From: the human T2T-CHM13v2.0 reference genome, Homo sapiens
DNA length: 64,000 nucleotides
Assembly: GCF_009914755.1 (NCBI RefSeq)
Contig: NC_060928.1
Reading direction: 5' to 3' (one strand)
Shown here: piece after piece, positions 14,351 through 34,052 of the stretch
Position numbering within the stretch: position 1 is the stretch's first letter
How the letters are laid out: each line of letters opens with the position of its first letter
Translations under genes and position numbers: made by a program
The notes under the pieces: model-generated
Databases searched by the model: none
Told to the model about the DNA's origin: nothing
What the model saw: only the letters and a program-made list of their open reading frames with translations

Positions 14351-16524
14351 GTACAAATCCCGCCATTTTAAGCGGAGGTTCGGAGAGAAAACAAGGTCAC
14401 TAACCCAGGAAAATGTCTGCCTCTTTCCCATAAATCGCCTGGCCCTGGCCACAGACCTCCTGGAGACTCTGTTCTCTGCTCACGCCGGTCAGTCTTAGAT
14501 TGGTTGGCTGGAGTACTGCTGGACAGATAGAGAAATAGGAGAAAACAGGGAAGCCTGAGAACCTTGGGAGGAATTGTTATTTGCTTAATGGCCAGAACCT
14601 CCAGGAGGGCAAGAACCAGATATGCTGTGTTCACCCTTGTTCTCTATTATCTATCACAGTTGCAAGACAACATGGGGATCAGTAAATAGTCAACAAATAA
14701 TGGAGTAGAAGAAGGTGAGAAAGAACTTTGCAGTGGAATGCACCCTATTTAGTTCTAATCTTATATTACTATATGCTATTATAGACAGTGTGAACAGTGG
14801 TTAAACCACAGACTCTGGAAGTTAAGATTCCTGGTTTTGCCAGACACTAGCTATACAACCGTTAACAAGCTATATGACTTCTTTATGCCTCAGTTTGCTC
14901 TGACATGAAATGAAGCTAATAATACCTACCTCAGAATCTTTATGAGGATTTATATATTTGAAGCACTTATAACAGTACCGTCTGTAAGCTAGTAATACTT
15001 TTTTAAAGCAACTCTATGAGGTAGTGCTGCAGGAAATTAAGTCTTCAAGACATTCTAGTAGTTGCCTAGGGTCCCACAAATTAGTAAGTCAAAAATCTGT
15101 CATATAAATCTGGATCTGACAGTACCCCCAGAGTCATTGCATTAGTTGGGATACAGAGATGGCTTATTCACAGTCTGTCTTAAGAAGCAGGAATAAGGCT
15201 TAAGAAATAGAATAATAATAAAATATTTGATAAAGATTAATTTCTCTCTTCCTCCTTCTCCCTTTCACCCCGTTTCTCGTTCTTTTGCCAGGACTTTGCC
15301 TCTATATTTTTTAATAACCTCCAGAGAGCATTTTCTTATTTACCCTCTATTTCTTTACCTCATACTAATCTTTCACTCCAGCTATCTTGGAATGCAGAAT
15401 CAGACCTCAGGTGAACCAGTTATATAGAGAAATGAGCTCCATGAGAACATGCACTTTGTTTTATCCTCAGCACTTAGAATGATGTCTGTCATAAAGTGAG
15501 TATTCAGTAAATATGTTGGAAAAAAGAATGAGGGTAGTTCATAGCACTGTGTAATTTCCTCATTTTTACTAATGTTTAATATGCTATGTTGTCTTGTCCA
15601 ATCAACTGTTTGTGTCTGTGCTGTTCACTAGTGTATCCATCTGTAGAACCAGACACATTAAAAAGGTATTTGGCAACAACAACAAAAAAAGTCCATCCAC
15701 ACAGTTTCACTGTAACCCAGATTTGAAGCTCTATAATCAGCTGAAAAGTAGTAACAGCCACTTTGGACACTGGCCATTTCAAGGAATTTGTTTTAGATGA
15801 CAAAATGAAAGAAAGTGATTTTAAAAATAAGCCCTGTGAGTAATTTTTCCCATGGAAAGCTATTAACATTAGCTCCATATGCTGAATTATGTAGCAATTA
15901 ATCACCTGATATATCCAAAATAAATGACTGACTTTACTGAACTTTAGCTCTAAAGAGGTCATTGATCAGTGTAGTATCATTACCATAGGTTACTGCAACT
16001 ACAGCAGATTTGGGAGGGTTATTAAGACCAAGGTTGTCACTTTACCTCTCTGTGAGACCTTTTTGGATGTATGACAGCAGATAATTCCAACAGACCATCT
16101 AGCAATTGACCACCACAAGAAGTCTGAATAAGGCATGTGAACAGAGCAGTGAAAACCCACATTGTAGAATAACTGGTAGAATTGGTCGTTTCTCTTACCT
16201 ATTCTCATTCTCTCTCTGGCAACCTAAAAATATAACTTATTCTGTTATCAATAGGCCTCTTCTATAGTAGTTTCCAAGCCTAATTTTGAGAACCCTGGAA
16301 AGGGTTATTGGCCAGGGAAGGTCAATTCTAAGGCATTTCACTCCGTTTGAGTATGTGACACAGCACTTTCCCTAATAGGGGATTAGTTGTGAAAACAAGC
16401 AATGAAAGAATGTTTACGTTTTGACCCAGTTGGAATCATAGTCCTCACTCAGTACCAGAGTTGATCCTTACTGTCCATCAAAATAGTCAATCAACAACTG
16501 CTGCAGCAGGCTGATTTAGGAATT

Positions 16525-16935
16525 GCTGTGGTTTGAATGTTTGTCCTTTCTAAAACTCATGCTGAAACTTAATCCCCAATAAGGCAGTATTAAGAAGTGG
16601 GGCCTTTAAGAGGTGATTGGGTCATGAAAGTTCTGCCCTCATGAATGGCTTAATTCATTCATGGATTAAAGGATTCATGGGTTATCATAGGAGTGGGACT
16701 GGTGGCTTTACAAGAGGAAGAAAGACCTGTGCCAGCATGCTGAGTCCCTCGCCATGTGATGTCCTGCACTGCCTTGGGACTCTGCAGAGTCGCCACCAGA
16801 AAAAAGGCCCTCATCAGATGCAGCCCCTTGACCATAGACTTCTCAGCCCCACACTGTAAGAAATAAATTCTTTTTCTTTATAAATTACCCAGTTTCAGGT
16901 ATTCTGTTATAAGCAATAGAAAACAGACTAAGACA
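16525..16935 (+). mobile_element. MaLR solo LTR (MST/MLT1A-like)
   Basis: TGCTGTGGTTTGAATG...AAATAAATT...AAATTACCCAG...GACTAAGACA. Confidence 0.85.
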
Positions 16936-18257
16936 GGCACATACAGGATGATGTCTTAATCTACTTTCTCGATAGCCACAGAGGGCTTTCTGGTAGAAGT
17001 GGCCCTTAAGTTCAGCATTAAATATTAAGAAAAATTATCCATCTGGGACTCCAGAGACTTAATTTTTTCATATTCAGCGTTAAACTGGACACCCAATATG
17101 CAGCAGGAGCTTGAGATATAAAGTTGAATAAATCCTGATTACTGTTCTTGGAATTTCCCAGCTTTTAAACTCAGTTTCATACTATCCACCCCATCCTTAA
17201 TCAGCTGCAGTGATCAATGTTTCTTCCTCATTAATTTCAGTCCCTCCTGTGCTTTAACTAAATAATATATTTAATGACAAAAAATCAGAAGAATGTCATA
17301 AATGGAAGGGTACCCAGTAAAATAATTAATTTCTTAGCAGTTTTAAGTACCTGACATTATGTAATAATGTTTATCTACATTCCCTGAACAAGTAGTAGGC
17401 ATACATAGTAGGCATAAAATATTTCTTGCTGCATGAATGAGAATTTGAAAAGTTTTTACAAACCAAAATACTCCTGTTATTCAGTAATATACATATATGG
17501 TTTTTAAGAAAAACTAATCCAAACAAGCTATATTTAAAGTCCTAATTTCAACAATTGTTACCCTCCTTTAAAGGGTTCTCATTTTGACCTCATAAGCAAA
17601 AATTGATTCCTAAACTGGGTACTGGGTAAGATTCAGTTCTGGGAATCTCTTTACTCAGATTTCTAATTCCTTCTACCAGGAGAATGTGAGCTGCACCGCA
17701 AACTACGTTAACTGTCCAAATATAGAGTAGTCCCATTCCTTAGATCTCCTTTTGAAGAGAAGTTTAGATAATACTAAAATCATAGTCTCTTTCATTTTAA
17801 ATCTGGAGATATAATGTGTATAGTGGTCCATAAAGTTTCCTTGCAAAATTTTCAGACAGAGAAGAGCCTTCCATTTCCCAAATATACCTTTATGTCACCT
17901 ACCTTGCATCATTTACCTCTTAGTAAATATTGCCAAGTGAACACCAAAATCTTGATTTTCAACCAGAGGCTCTATTATGGGCTGACTTGTAGGGAGAAAG
18001 AATGGTTCCATGTGTATGGCCTGAGGGAAAGGTGGCTACTCTCAGGGACAACTTGACTCAGCTGTTTGCACCATGTAGTGAGAAAGTATCACAAGTTTCT
18101 GGAATGGAAAGAAATGATAAGTTCCTGTAAAGTGTCAGAGTTACATTCATTGTAGTGATGAAATCTGGCAGGCAGTTGCTTAATCCCTGCCTACAGAGAG
18201 GGGAAAAAAAAGTATTAGGAAAGTATCAGTTCTGTTTCCTTCCTCCCTACCCCTGAC

Positions 18258-18558
18258 ATTTTTTTTTTTTTTTAAAGAGGGTTTCACTCTGTCACCCAGG
18301 CTGGAGTGCAGTGGCACAAACATAGCTTACTGCAGCCTCAAACTCCTAGGCTCAAATGATCCTCCTTTCTCAGCTGCAGAATAGCTAAGACTACAGGCCC
18401 GTGCCACCACACCAGGCTAATTTTTTATTTTTATTTTTTGTAGAGGTGCAGTCTCATGATGTTGCCTAGGCTGATCTTGAACTCCTAGCTTCAAGCAATC
18501 CTCCCACATGGCCTCCCAAAGCACTGGGATTACAGGCATGAGCCGCCGCACCCAGCCC
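18258..18558 (-). mobile_element. Alu (AluJ-like)
   Basis: antisense Alu with poly-T. Confidence 0.9.
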
Positions 18559-18972
18559 CGACATTGTTTTAAAAACTCAAAACAGAGTACCAAAAAATCC
18601 CCAATTACACAAGACACCTCCTAAAAAATTTAAATGCTGAGAGCTACCTAGAAATAGAGATGTCATGTATACATCTTATTTGTGTTCACTGACCAATAGC
18701 CTGGCTAATACACGAAACATTGATTTGAATTCTAATCCCACTTCTCACTACCTACCTACCCACAAGATCTAGGGCAAATCACTTGGCCATTCTGGAGCCT
18801 TCATTTCCTCGACTGTGAAGACTTGGTCTGGGACACTTTTGAGTGATAAAAGGTGCTAGATTATTAATACATATTAATTAATCTACAACATGTGTAAAAA
18901 GGACTCTCCCAGGCTGACTTGTTAAGGGAAATCTGTCACCAGTCATCCAGATAAGTCAGTCTAGAGTTAGGT

Positions 18973-19266
18973 GGCCCAGCACGGTGGCTCACGCCTGTAA
19001 TCCCAACACTGGGAGGCCGAGGTGGGCGGATCACTTCAGGTCAGGAGTTTGAAACCAACCTGGGCAACATGGCGAAACTCCATCTCTACTAAAAATACAA
19101 AAATTAGCCGGGCATGGTGGCACACGCCTGTAGTACCAGCTACTGGAAAGGCTGAGGCAGGAGAATCACTTAAACCTGAGAGAAGGAGGTTGCAGTGAGC
19201 CTAGTTTGAGCCACTGCACTCCAGCCTGGGTGACAGAGCAAGACTCCATTTCAAAAAAAAAAAAAA
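18973..19266 (+). mobile_element. Alu
   Basis: sense Alu, TSD-like AGTTAGGT. Confidence 0.9.
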
Positions 19267-19829
19267 GTTAGGTAACCTTTAACGAATCATTATTTTATTT
19301 GTGTAACCAATTTAACTGTGATTAGTTCCATTCACTTTCCCTAAAATGTCTCTACCAAGGTGATTCTTTGGACTACTATAGGTGTTTCCCCTGTGTGCAA
19401 GGTTGTAACAAAACTTTGGCATGTGCTTGTAATTGCACTGTTTTAAAAGTGTTCTTTTACAGTGAAGAGACAGTAAAGCAAAATGGGTTGGAGTGTGGAA
19501 CCAGTATTCTCATCTGTAAAGGGATAGTGAGTCTCCAGAGTATCCTGAGAACTAAGTGTTTTATGGAATTTAGCAGAGCCTGGCATGGGAAGCACTAAAT
19601 GTTAGCTATTTTACCTGTAAAATGAGCAGATTGGTCATGATGTTCTCTTTGGTCTCTGCCAATTTTCAGTGTTTGGGAACCTTAGGAATAGTATTTCAAA
19701 GCTGTTTCTTTAGGTTAATTCTACAAATTAACTGGAGAAGGGACTTGTCACATTTAGTTGTAAGTGACAGAAAATAGAAAATAACAGTGCCTTAAGCAAG
19801 ATGGGGTCTTTTTTTTCTCTTTTTCTCAT

Positions 19830-20390
19830 GTATTAGTTATCTGTTGTTGCTTAAGATTAACCCAAAACTTGAATGGCTTAAGCACCCTTTAAAACTTAAA
19901 TGGCTTTATTATTTCAGTTTTTAAGGATCAGGAATTACAGAGTGGCTTATGGAGTGGTTCTAGATCAGGTTTTCTCATGTGGCTGCAGTCAGATTGGCAG
20001 CTAAAGCTGCGATCATCCGATGACATAACCTAGGACTGAAGGATCTGCTTTCAGGTTCTCTCAGGTGGCTGTTGAGAGGCCTCACATCCTCATAGGCTGT
20101 TAGAATAAGGACCTCAGGTCCTCACCACATGGTACTCTCTATGGAGTTACTTATAATATGGTAGCTTGCTTTCCTCAAGGTGAGGGCCAATAAAGAGAGA
20201 GAGCAAATGATTTCAAACCCAAAATAAGTCAGTCTTTTATAACATAATCTCAGAAGAGACATCCCATCACTCATGCCTATGCTACTGGTCATACAGAACA
20301 ACCCCAGTACAGTGTGGGAGGGGATTGCTTACACAATGGTGTACCTAATAAACGAAGGGATTAATTGAGGGCCATCTTTGAAGCTGGCTA
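19830..20390 (-). mobile_element. MaLR LTR (MLT1-like)
   Basis: TGTATTAGTTATCTGTTG...GGCTTAA...GGGCCATCTTTGAAGCTGGCTA. Confidence 0.65.
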
Positions 20391-22684
20391 AACGTGGTCC
20401 AGAACTGGTTTGACAGCTCTACTTTATTTAGGGGCATAGGCTCCTTCCACGGCTCTACCAACTCTAGAGGGTAGTCTTCATATTTAAGTTCAAAGGTGGT
20501 GGCACTTGTGTGACCCAGGGCAAATCATCTATTCTGAGTTTCTAGGTCCTCACTTAATAAACTATGAAAAAGAGTAAAATATACTTCATAGTGTTGTTGT
20601 AAAGATTAACGGAATAAGTGTAATAGGCTTTCACAGTACCTGGCATATTAAGCATTCAATACTATCTTTTAATATTGCTATATACATTAAATAATGAGAC
20701 TATCCCAAGAGATCATCAGATATGCATTGTTCCTTGAAAAGGTCAAGCTTAGAAATCACTGGTAATAAAAAAGCTCTACTTGGATAATTCAAGTGAGCCT
20801 CTCGTCACCATTCCCAGCCCAGAAATGGTGAAGGATAAAAATTGTTTTTTTCAATATCATTCTAGAGGTAGTTAAAATTGAATCAATCCATTCAATCCAT
20901 TATCTTTATGTAATCTACTCCTAGGTAGCTGATACTATAGTAAGATGTAATTTTTTTTTGTCTTTGCAAAGGTGTTCTTGTTGCTGACAAGGAACAGCAG
21001 AATAGTGAACAAGTTTGTGGCTAAACATTATTCCCAGATTTTAAAAAATGTTCAGTGTGCACAATTGTTACTACCAGATCTTTGTCAAAATAATCTTTCT
21101 GTCACTGAATAACTGACCCATAAAACAATAGAGCATATTGACCTAGTGTGCAGGGTAAGCAATGAGTAAATAAGAAATGGTTGTAAAATATTTACCAAAT
21201 GTAACTTTCTAATTTGGGTAGCTTTAAGATGGGTCAAAATAAAAGGAATGCTATTATTTGTGAAGAATTACAAGTTTACATATGTTTATTCTTGCCAGTC
21301 TTTTACTGAAAATTCCTAGAAATGATATCCTTTCCTTTATATATACCATAATATTTGTATGATATTCCTCTCCAAAGATAGGGGTAATATTATACATTGA
21401 TAATAGTCATTCATTATTGAAAAACTAACAATACACTAAGTACTCCACTGCATGGGACATAGTAGCCATTCAATAAATGATAGGTATCTTTATTATTAGA
21501 CACCTAACACTGTATGAAATAGGATACCATAATAGACTCTAGTCTCAGTATCTCTATTAAGATATTAGGGGCCAGAGGTTTCAAAATGGTTTGACCTGTT
21601 GTAGTGGTTCATTCAGCACACTGGAGTTGGACTGATTGTCTGGGTTCAAATCTCAGCTGGTCCACTTTCTTACTTACTACCAGCAGGGTAAAACAGAACC
21701 TCTTTTGCCTTCTGGGAATGAGGACTTTGCTACTACCGTTAAGCCACAAAACTGTTCACTATTCTGCTCACTCATCTGTGAAATGGAAATACTACTACCT
21801 ATTCTAGTGGACTGTGGTGGAGATCAAATGAGATTATATAGTCAAAGAGCTCACAACAGTACCTGTCACATAATTTTTTTTTAAAGAAAAATCTGCTTAT
21901 TTCTGTCACTACTCAACAAACACTAGGTGACTATCATTTGCCAGAAGCTACAGATTCAGTAAGTCCAAAAGTGAACTCACCATTTTCTGTCCTCTGAGTT
22001 TGCCAAGGTTTCTGTATTCTCATCTCATTTTCATCACTGTTCATTGACTTACCCTGGCTAATATAATGACAGCAAACAAACCTGAGTGCAAGTCACCAAT
22101 CTAAAGACTTTTTGGTTTTAGAGTATTTATATTCACAGAATGACTGCATGAATTGTAGGCACTCTTATCCTGATTTTTCAGATGAAAAACTTAAAGAAGC
22201 TACATAATTTGCCCAAGACTACCCCATTAAGAAATAGCAGAGCCAAGATTCAAACTTAGGCAGTCTGGCTTCAGAGCTTCTATCTTTTTAGGTAACACAC
22301 AATACTGCTTCTAGAGATTTTGGAGTTATCTTAAAAGCTTTCATTTTTCCATCACTCAGTATCTTAATAAGACACATAGTCCTCTCAAACATCTCTAATT
22401 CATCCCTTCTCTGCTTACACTAATACAGACCTAGTATGGGCCCTACTTACCTTCTCCTTGAACTACTGGTTTCCCTGCTTTCAGCTTCTCATTTCAATCC
22501 TTGCACCAAACCAGCTAGTCAGCAATGTTTCTAAAACAAAAAATCTAATGACTCTCCCTCAGTTAAATCATATTGGCACACTAATTCCTATTGAACAGGA
22601 CCCAGGCACTCTTATGTGTCATCTGATGAGGTACCTAGTACAGTACCTCACTTATAAAATTAAATATACTGTTTATTTTATTGA

Positions 22685-23103
<419 letters not shown>

Positions 23104-24289
23104 TAATATGTGAATCTTAATGATTCATTAAGTTTAAGGTTGAAGTTTAGAACCTAAACTTCAGCAAAATCTCCCCACCCTTAATGCAAAGGGCTTCTGA
23201 ATTATCAGGAATGTTTTTCATGTGCTCAGTCATAAATTCACTCCCACTACAGCTACATTGCTACCCCAGATGAAAACTGAGCCACGTGTCTCTCCCATTC
23301 TTCCTCGAAACCTCTATTTTCAGGTAGCCATTATGAGCTTAGCTGCCAATGTAGGAAAGAATGCCTTCCTTATTTGTGACATATTGTTAAAAGGGTTCCA
23401 GTGGCGGGTTGTTTCAACTCATGTGTTTACGTGAAGTAGCCGTCAACCATATTTACTTAGAGCCCCCTACCTCCCTGGGCATCAGATGCGGTGTCAGGCA
23501 TCTTAGCCAAGGCAAACTTGAGGTACAGCCATACCCCTATAATCAGAATCCCTCCTTCTCTCCAACAACGGCTTATTATTAGTACAGCTCATTTCTTCTA
23601 TCCTTAGGATGGTCTACCTTGCAGGAATTACCCCAACCAATTCAGTAAAACTTAATTTGGGACTACCTTACAAATTTGCGAGATGTATCTAAAATTACTT
23701 GAATGCTAAACACCCACAGCTAATATTCAAATATAACCCAAGTTTATATTTGTTTCACTCTTTCCCACTCTTCTTCCCAACTCCACTGCCTAGCCTAGAG
23801 CATTGTGCATACTAGAGCCCCGACATGTTTTTAAATATGTAATAAAAAATAAAATTCTATGCTAGTTGAGCAGAAATAACGTTTATCTGAGAAAAGAAAC
23901 ACAAACTTAGGATGAGAATATCTGGCCCCCAGTCCAAAATTCTTAAATTTAAGGGAAAAAAAGAACCCAGTAAAATACATGGCTCTCAACTGAGACAGAT
24001 TTGGCTGTTGGTAGGAATCCGATGATTAGTGTACCTGCACCTGTTCTGACACCCTCCAAAGGAATCTGGATCACAAGTGAACTGTCCAAGACCATAAGCC
24101 ACACCCTTGAGCTAATGCAAGAGGAAGCTGAATCACTTCCTTGAGGCCAAATGCATACAAACAGAATTGCCTCAATTTCCTACTGACAACCTTTTTTTAA
24201 AAAAAAAAAAATGACCATTTCCTCATCTTGTTCTTGTAATACAAACCTTTTAGGGTGACTTGGCTTTTCAGTTTAAAAATATGAATTTT

Positions 24290-25190
24290 GGGACTGGGCA
24301 CGGTGGTTCACACCTGTACTCCAAGCACCTTGGGAGGCCAAGGCAGTAGGATCACTTGAGCCCAGGAGTTCAAAACCAGCCTAGGCAACATAAGTAGACT
24401 CCACCACCACAAAAAGTTAAAAAATTAGCCAGGTATGGTGGTGCATGCCTGTAGTCCCAGCTACTCAGGAGGCTGAGGTGGGAAGATTGCTTGAGCCCAG
24501 GATGGTCCAGCCTGCAATGAGCCATGATGGCGCCACTGCACTCCAGCCAGGGAGACAGAGCAAGACCCTGCCTAAAAAAATAAAATAAAGACACATACCA
24601 CATGATCTCACATTTGTGGAATCTAAAATAAAGTTAAACTCATATAAGTAAAGAGAGGATGATGGTTACCAGAGGCTGTGGGGGTGGGAATGAGTTGTTG
24701 ATCAAAGCATGCAAAGTGTCAGGAGGAATAGGTTTTGAGATCTATTGGACAGCAGGGTGATTACAGTCAATAATAATAAATATTTCAAAATAACTAAGAG
24801 AAGCCTGGGAAACATAGTGAGACCTTGTCTCTACTAAACATCAAAAAAATTAGCCAGGTGTGGTGGTGTGTGCCTGTGATTCCATCTACTCGGGAGGCTG
24901 AGGCTTGAGCCTGGGAGGTCAAGGTGACAGTGAGCTGTGATCCCAACAATGCACTCCAGCCTGGGTGACAGAGCTGCTACCTGTCTCAACAAACAAAACT
25001 AAACTAAACTAAGAGTAAATTTCAAATGTCCCACCATTAAAAAAAAAAAGATAGGCAAATGGAGTGCTAAATGTGTTAATTAGCTTGATGTAATCATTCC
25101 ACATTGTAGACATATATCAAAACATCACATTGTATCTCATAAATGTATACAATTATAAATTATCAATCAAAATAATCGTAATTTTAAAAT
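24290..25190 (+). mobile_element. Alu (24290-24590) plus L1M 3' fragment containing a second partial Alu (24803-25010)
   Basis: Alu bodies; L1M motifs ATGGTTACCAGAGGCTG, AAACATCACATTGTA. Confidence 0.8.
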
Positions 25191-25940
25191 TACTGGATGT
25201 TGCATAGTTTCTAGTTTAATGTAAACATTATAAACCATATTTGTACCCATTACAAATTGCAGCTATTAAATAATCTTGAAAATCACATCCCACCTTTAAT
25301 GATTTGAATCATGGGACAGTGCAAAGGGCACCTGAATACACGTCGTAGTACTTAGGTTCTTGGCTCTTTCACTAAACAGCCACATGATCACGGGCAACCT
25401 CTTTAACCTTGATGGCAGTCCATGAGAAAACATGTACAAGTACCTAGTCCAATGCTTGGCATATGATATAGGCACTCAACATTTGTTAAAATTGAAGTTT
25501 TAACTCATATTAAACAATTTCTATTTTTTAGGAGTTACATACCAAGTTGCAGTACCCTCTTATTTGACATGTAGATCTGGAAATATTCATTTCATCCAAA
25601 TGAGACTAAGCAAAATCATATATTATCTCAAAACACTGAATCAAATGGAATAGTATTCCATTTGAATACTATTAAAAATAGTATTAAAAAATAGCTCTTT
25701 TTAACCCACAGATCACAGGCAAACTATAGATTGAAACAGGAGATCTTTTTAATAGAAAAATGCCACAGCAATTTAATCAAAGTCTGAACAAGGACTTTGC
25801 CTGCTGCCACAAATACCATGACAAACTGTGGCATTATGAGAAGCAATTAATGATGAAGATATGATAAATAAAACATGAGTTGGCCAGAATATTTTTACTG
25901 ATGTCTTCTCATTTGACTTCCTGGTATAAGATGGTCAATT

Positions 25941-26230
<290 letters not shown>

Positions 26231-27265
26231 TCAATTTAACTGTCAACTTAATCGAAAAGCCAATGATTGTAACAATTAAAATTTTGGTTAATAAAATTCA
26301 ATTATTTGTGACTTAATGTGTGAAGGATTTCATCTGCTACTGACAGAAGTATAAAGACAAAAAAAGTATCAGTTGTAAATGGTCAGTTCATTTGTCAAAA
26401 CACATTATCTAGTATGGTATTTTCAAATTTATAACTTGTAACATTTTAATCAAACTACAAATTACACTTGAACCACATTTTCAAAAATAAAAATAATCAA
26501 GAATGATGAAGTAAAAACTGCTCAAGTTCAACTGCTGGATCTGGGATGTAAAATAAGTGACAAAACAGAGAAAAGTGTTGAGTTTTTAAACAGCAGATTT
26601 TGACTTTATTCAAATCACATTTATTTTTTTTTGTACTTGGTTTTTGTATTGTTCTTTGTACTTGGTTTTTGTATTGTTCTTTGTTTATTTCAAACCAACA
26701 GCCAACATCGTACAAGTCACATTCTAAAAAGAAAAAAGGAAGTATAAAAGATTATAATGAAGATAATTTAATATGTGCATTTATCAAATGTGTCAATGGT
26801 ATTCTTGAAATAAAGGCTTAAAATCTTCAAAATTAAAAAAGCTATTTGGATATAAGATGCTGAACTCACTGACAAAGGAAAAAAATACATTCAAGTTCCC
26901 AGACTAATTTCTTAGTTATTGCACTATTGTTAGTGATAAAGCCTTATTATCATCATTAAAGCATATTGTGAGACAGAAAACAACTCACATATTTTCTTCT
27001 AACATGTCTGGATATGGTATGTATAACTTTAAATCTCAGCTAATTAATTAAAAACTATCCAGAGTGACAACACAGTAGCTCATTTACTTTTTACCACTGC
27101 AGAACATTTGGAAGCAATAGTTACTATAAGTCTGTACAGACTTCATAATCCACCTTGTTGAAAATAAGCTGCATAACACTTGTAGAGAAATGTAGGAAGA
27201 TCGGTTAGTACAGGATACACCATGTTGTTTAAATATAACCTCAGACACAACTGAATTAGATATAT

Positions 27266-27590
27266 AGTTGAGTATTTGTTACTTGACAACAGGGATACAT
27301 TTTGAGAAATCTGTCACTAGGCCATTGTCACTGCCCAAACATCTGAGCATACTTACACAAACCCAGATACAAACTACATACTTTGGCTATATATACAGCC
27401 TCTTGCTCCTAGGCTACAAACCAGTACAGCATGTTACTTTACTGTAGGCAATTGTAACACAAAGGTTAAGTATTTCTGTATCTAAATGTATCCAAAACTA
27501 GGAAAGGTAGAGTAAAAATACAGTATTACTTCATGGAACCACCATCATATATGTAGTGTTTTGTTAACAGAATGTCATTATATATCAAAC
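27266..27590. mobile_element. Tigger3/Golem-type MITE inside the FAM200B-like copy
   Basis: GGGATACATTTTGAGAAAT...CTTACACAAACCCAGAT...CTCCTAGGCTACAAACC. Confidence 0.75.
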
Positions 27591-28218
27591 AACAGAAATG
27601 TATTTTCAGGAATAGAATATCTATTGCTAGATAATATAATTTTTTTAAACGTTGTGCTACTGCATTCCAGCCTTGGCAACAGAGACCTTGTCTCAAAAAA
27701 AAATGCTTTATGATAAAAAATTTCAAACAAACATAAAAGTAGAAAGAATGATAATAAATACTCCCCTTTTACCCAATACTTGGCTTCAATGATCATCAAC
27801 CCACAGAAAATGTAACAAAACTCTGGCATCCAAAGACAGTCTGCTGATTTCACACTATGAAAAGTTATTTTTATTAAATACTCAATACTAGTTGGTCAGT
27901 ACTTTTTTTCTTATTGAAAAGCAATTACTATTTGGCAAACATTTCCAAAGACAATATCTAAGTAATAATACCACATATTTTACTGATATTTTCAGCATTT
28001 TTTATGAACTATATTTATAATTACAGGGATTTCAACATTCCAACTTATCCAAGGGTTCCAAAAGACATTATTGTTAAAGGGGCGGTAATCACCCTAGGTA
28101 CTATATGCTCCTGAAATTTTGCAACATATGGAAAAGGACATTATTATAGAAATTTTGAAAGAAATAAAATTAGAGCTACTGTATTGTTATATCTCACTTC
28201 CTGACTCAAGCTTTTAAC

Positions 28219-32177
<3,959 letters not shown>

Positions 32178-32742
32178 TCAAACTTTTAACCATTACATGC
32201 CAGAACAAAAATTGATAAATTCAAGGAAAAAACTGGATAGATTTGTTTTCCAACATTCTGAATCAAAAACTGAGTTATGCTTGGTGCCTGCAGAATAGGA
32301 AATATTGTAGCTTACTTCTCTGGAAATACTAAAGAATGATTATGAAATATCAAATGCATCGTGTTTTTTTTTTTTTTTAATTCTCTAGCCCTATGTCATA
32401 ATGATGTATCATTCTTTTGGAGGAAATAGGATTGTTCATTGCTAAGTGGCATGAATGTAGTACCGCTATTGGTACTTTTAATTCTTAACCCATAAAAACA
32501 AAGAAACAGAGTTAACACTGTACTGGGTATGTGAGAACTGCACTTGAGATCCCAAACTGAAATCAACTTATGAATACATAGCACACTCATCACTTTAAAT
32601 AAAATGTCCCCCAATTTTTATTATATTGTATTTATTTGGGATTATTTCTCCATTTTACGTTTATATATTAGTGAAATTATATGTAATCATAACTTTTTTC
32701 CTTACAAAATTATTACTCATGAAACTTTCATTTTAATCATAA

Positions 32743-33105
<363 letters not shown>

Positions 33106-33730
33106 CGGTTATGGTTTTTAATGATAAATTAATTTGTCATATACCTACAATCATTGTTTGCACAAATTCCCATCAGTTCACTAGGAATCACGAAAAAAAA
33201 AGCAGTGGGCCTGCCACTACAAAACACTTTATGCATCAAAACAGATGAAGCAACTGTAAGGTATTTCTGTGATGTGTAACCAGGCTTGTAGAAGACTTTT
33301 CCACATCATTGATTTTTTATGTTAAGTCACATAATTTATAGAGGAAAGCTACCTCCCTCTAGTTTTCACTTCCTATATTTTGTTCCATAATTCATTTTCT
33401 TCAAATTAAGATTAATTTATACTTAACATTTATAAGACAAGTAGAAATTAATATGGGAAGCAAAATACTAGTATATAAAAATGAGGTGAATAAGTACCAC
33501 AAATAAAAATTATTTAGGACTAAATGACCAACTACTACTATAGTATATAAAGATTTTCTTGCATTGTTCCTATCCTGGATTTACCAGCCTTCAGGCTTAG
33601 ATCCTATCTAACCCCTCTAACTATTACTTTCAAATTCAAGTCTTAGCTACCACACAGGCAGTGCAAAAACAGAACCACTCAAGGAGTTGAACCTTCACTA
33701 TGTCTTAACTTCTCGGTCACAAAACTCCTA

Positions 33731-34052
<322 letters not shown>

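Noticed and set aside
12764-14452. Long overlapping GC-rich ORFs, including an in-frame N-terminal extension of FBXL5 (13365-13778)
   Set aside because: Stop-poor CpG island; the extension has no ATG start and crosses the promoter motifs.
17880-17920. Cluster of minus-strand donor-like sites (AAG|GTAGGT, AAG|GTATAT) as a further upstream FBXL5 exon
   Set aside because: No supporting promoter or acceptor visible; cannot be supported from sequence alone.
26300-28100. First impression of a Tip100/Arthur- or piggyBac-like decayed transposase
   Set aside because: Direct nucleotide comparison shows the region is colinear with FAM200B.
33120-33320. RYFCDV*PGL resembling a piggyBac cysteine-rich tail
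   Set aside because: Too short and degenerate, with no other piggyBac motifs nearby.
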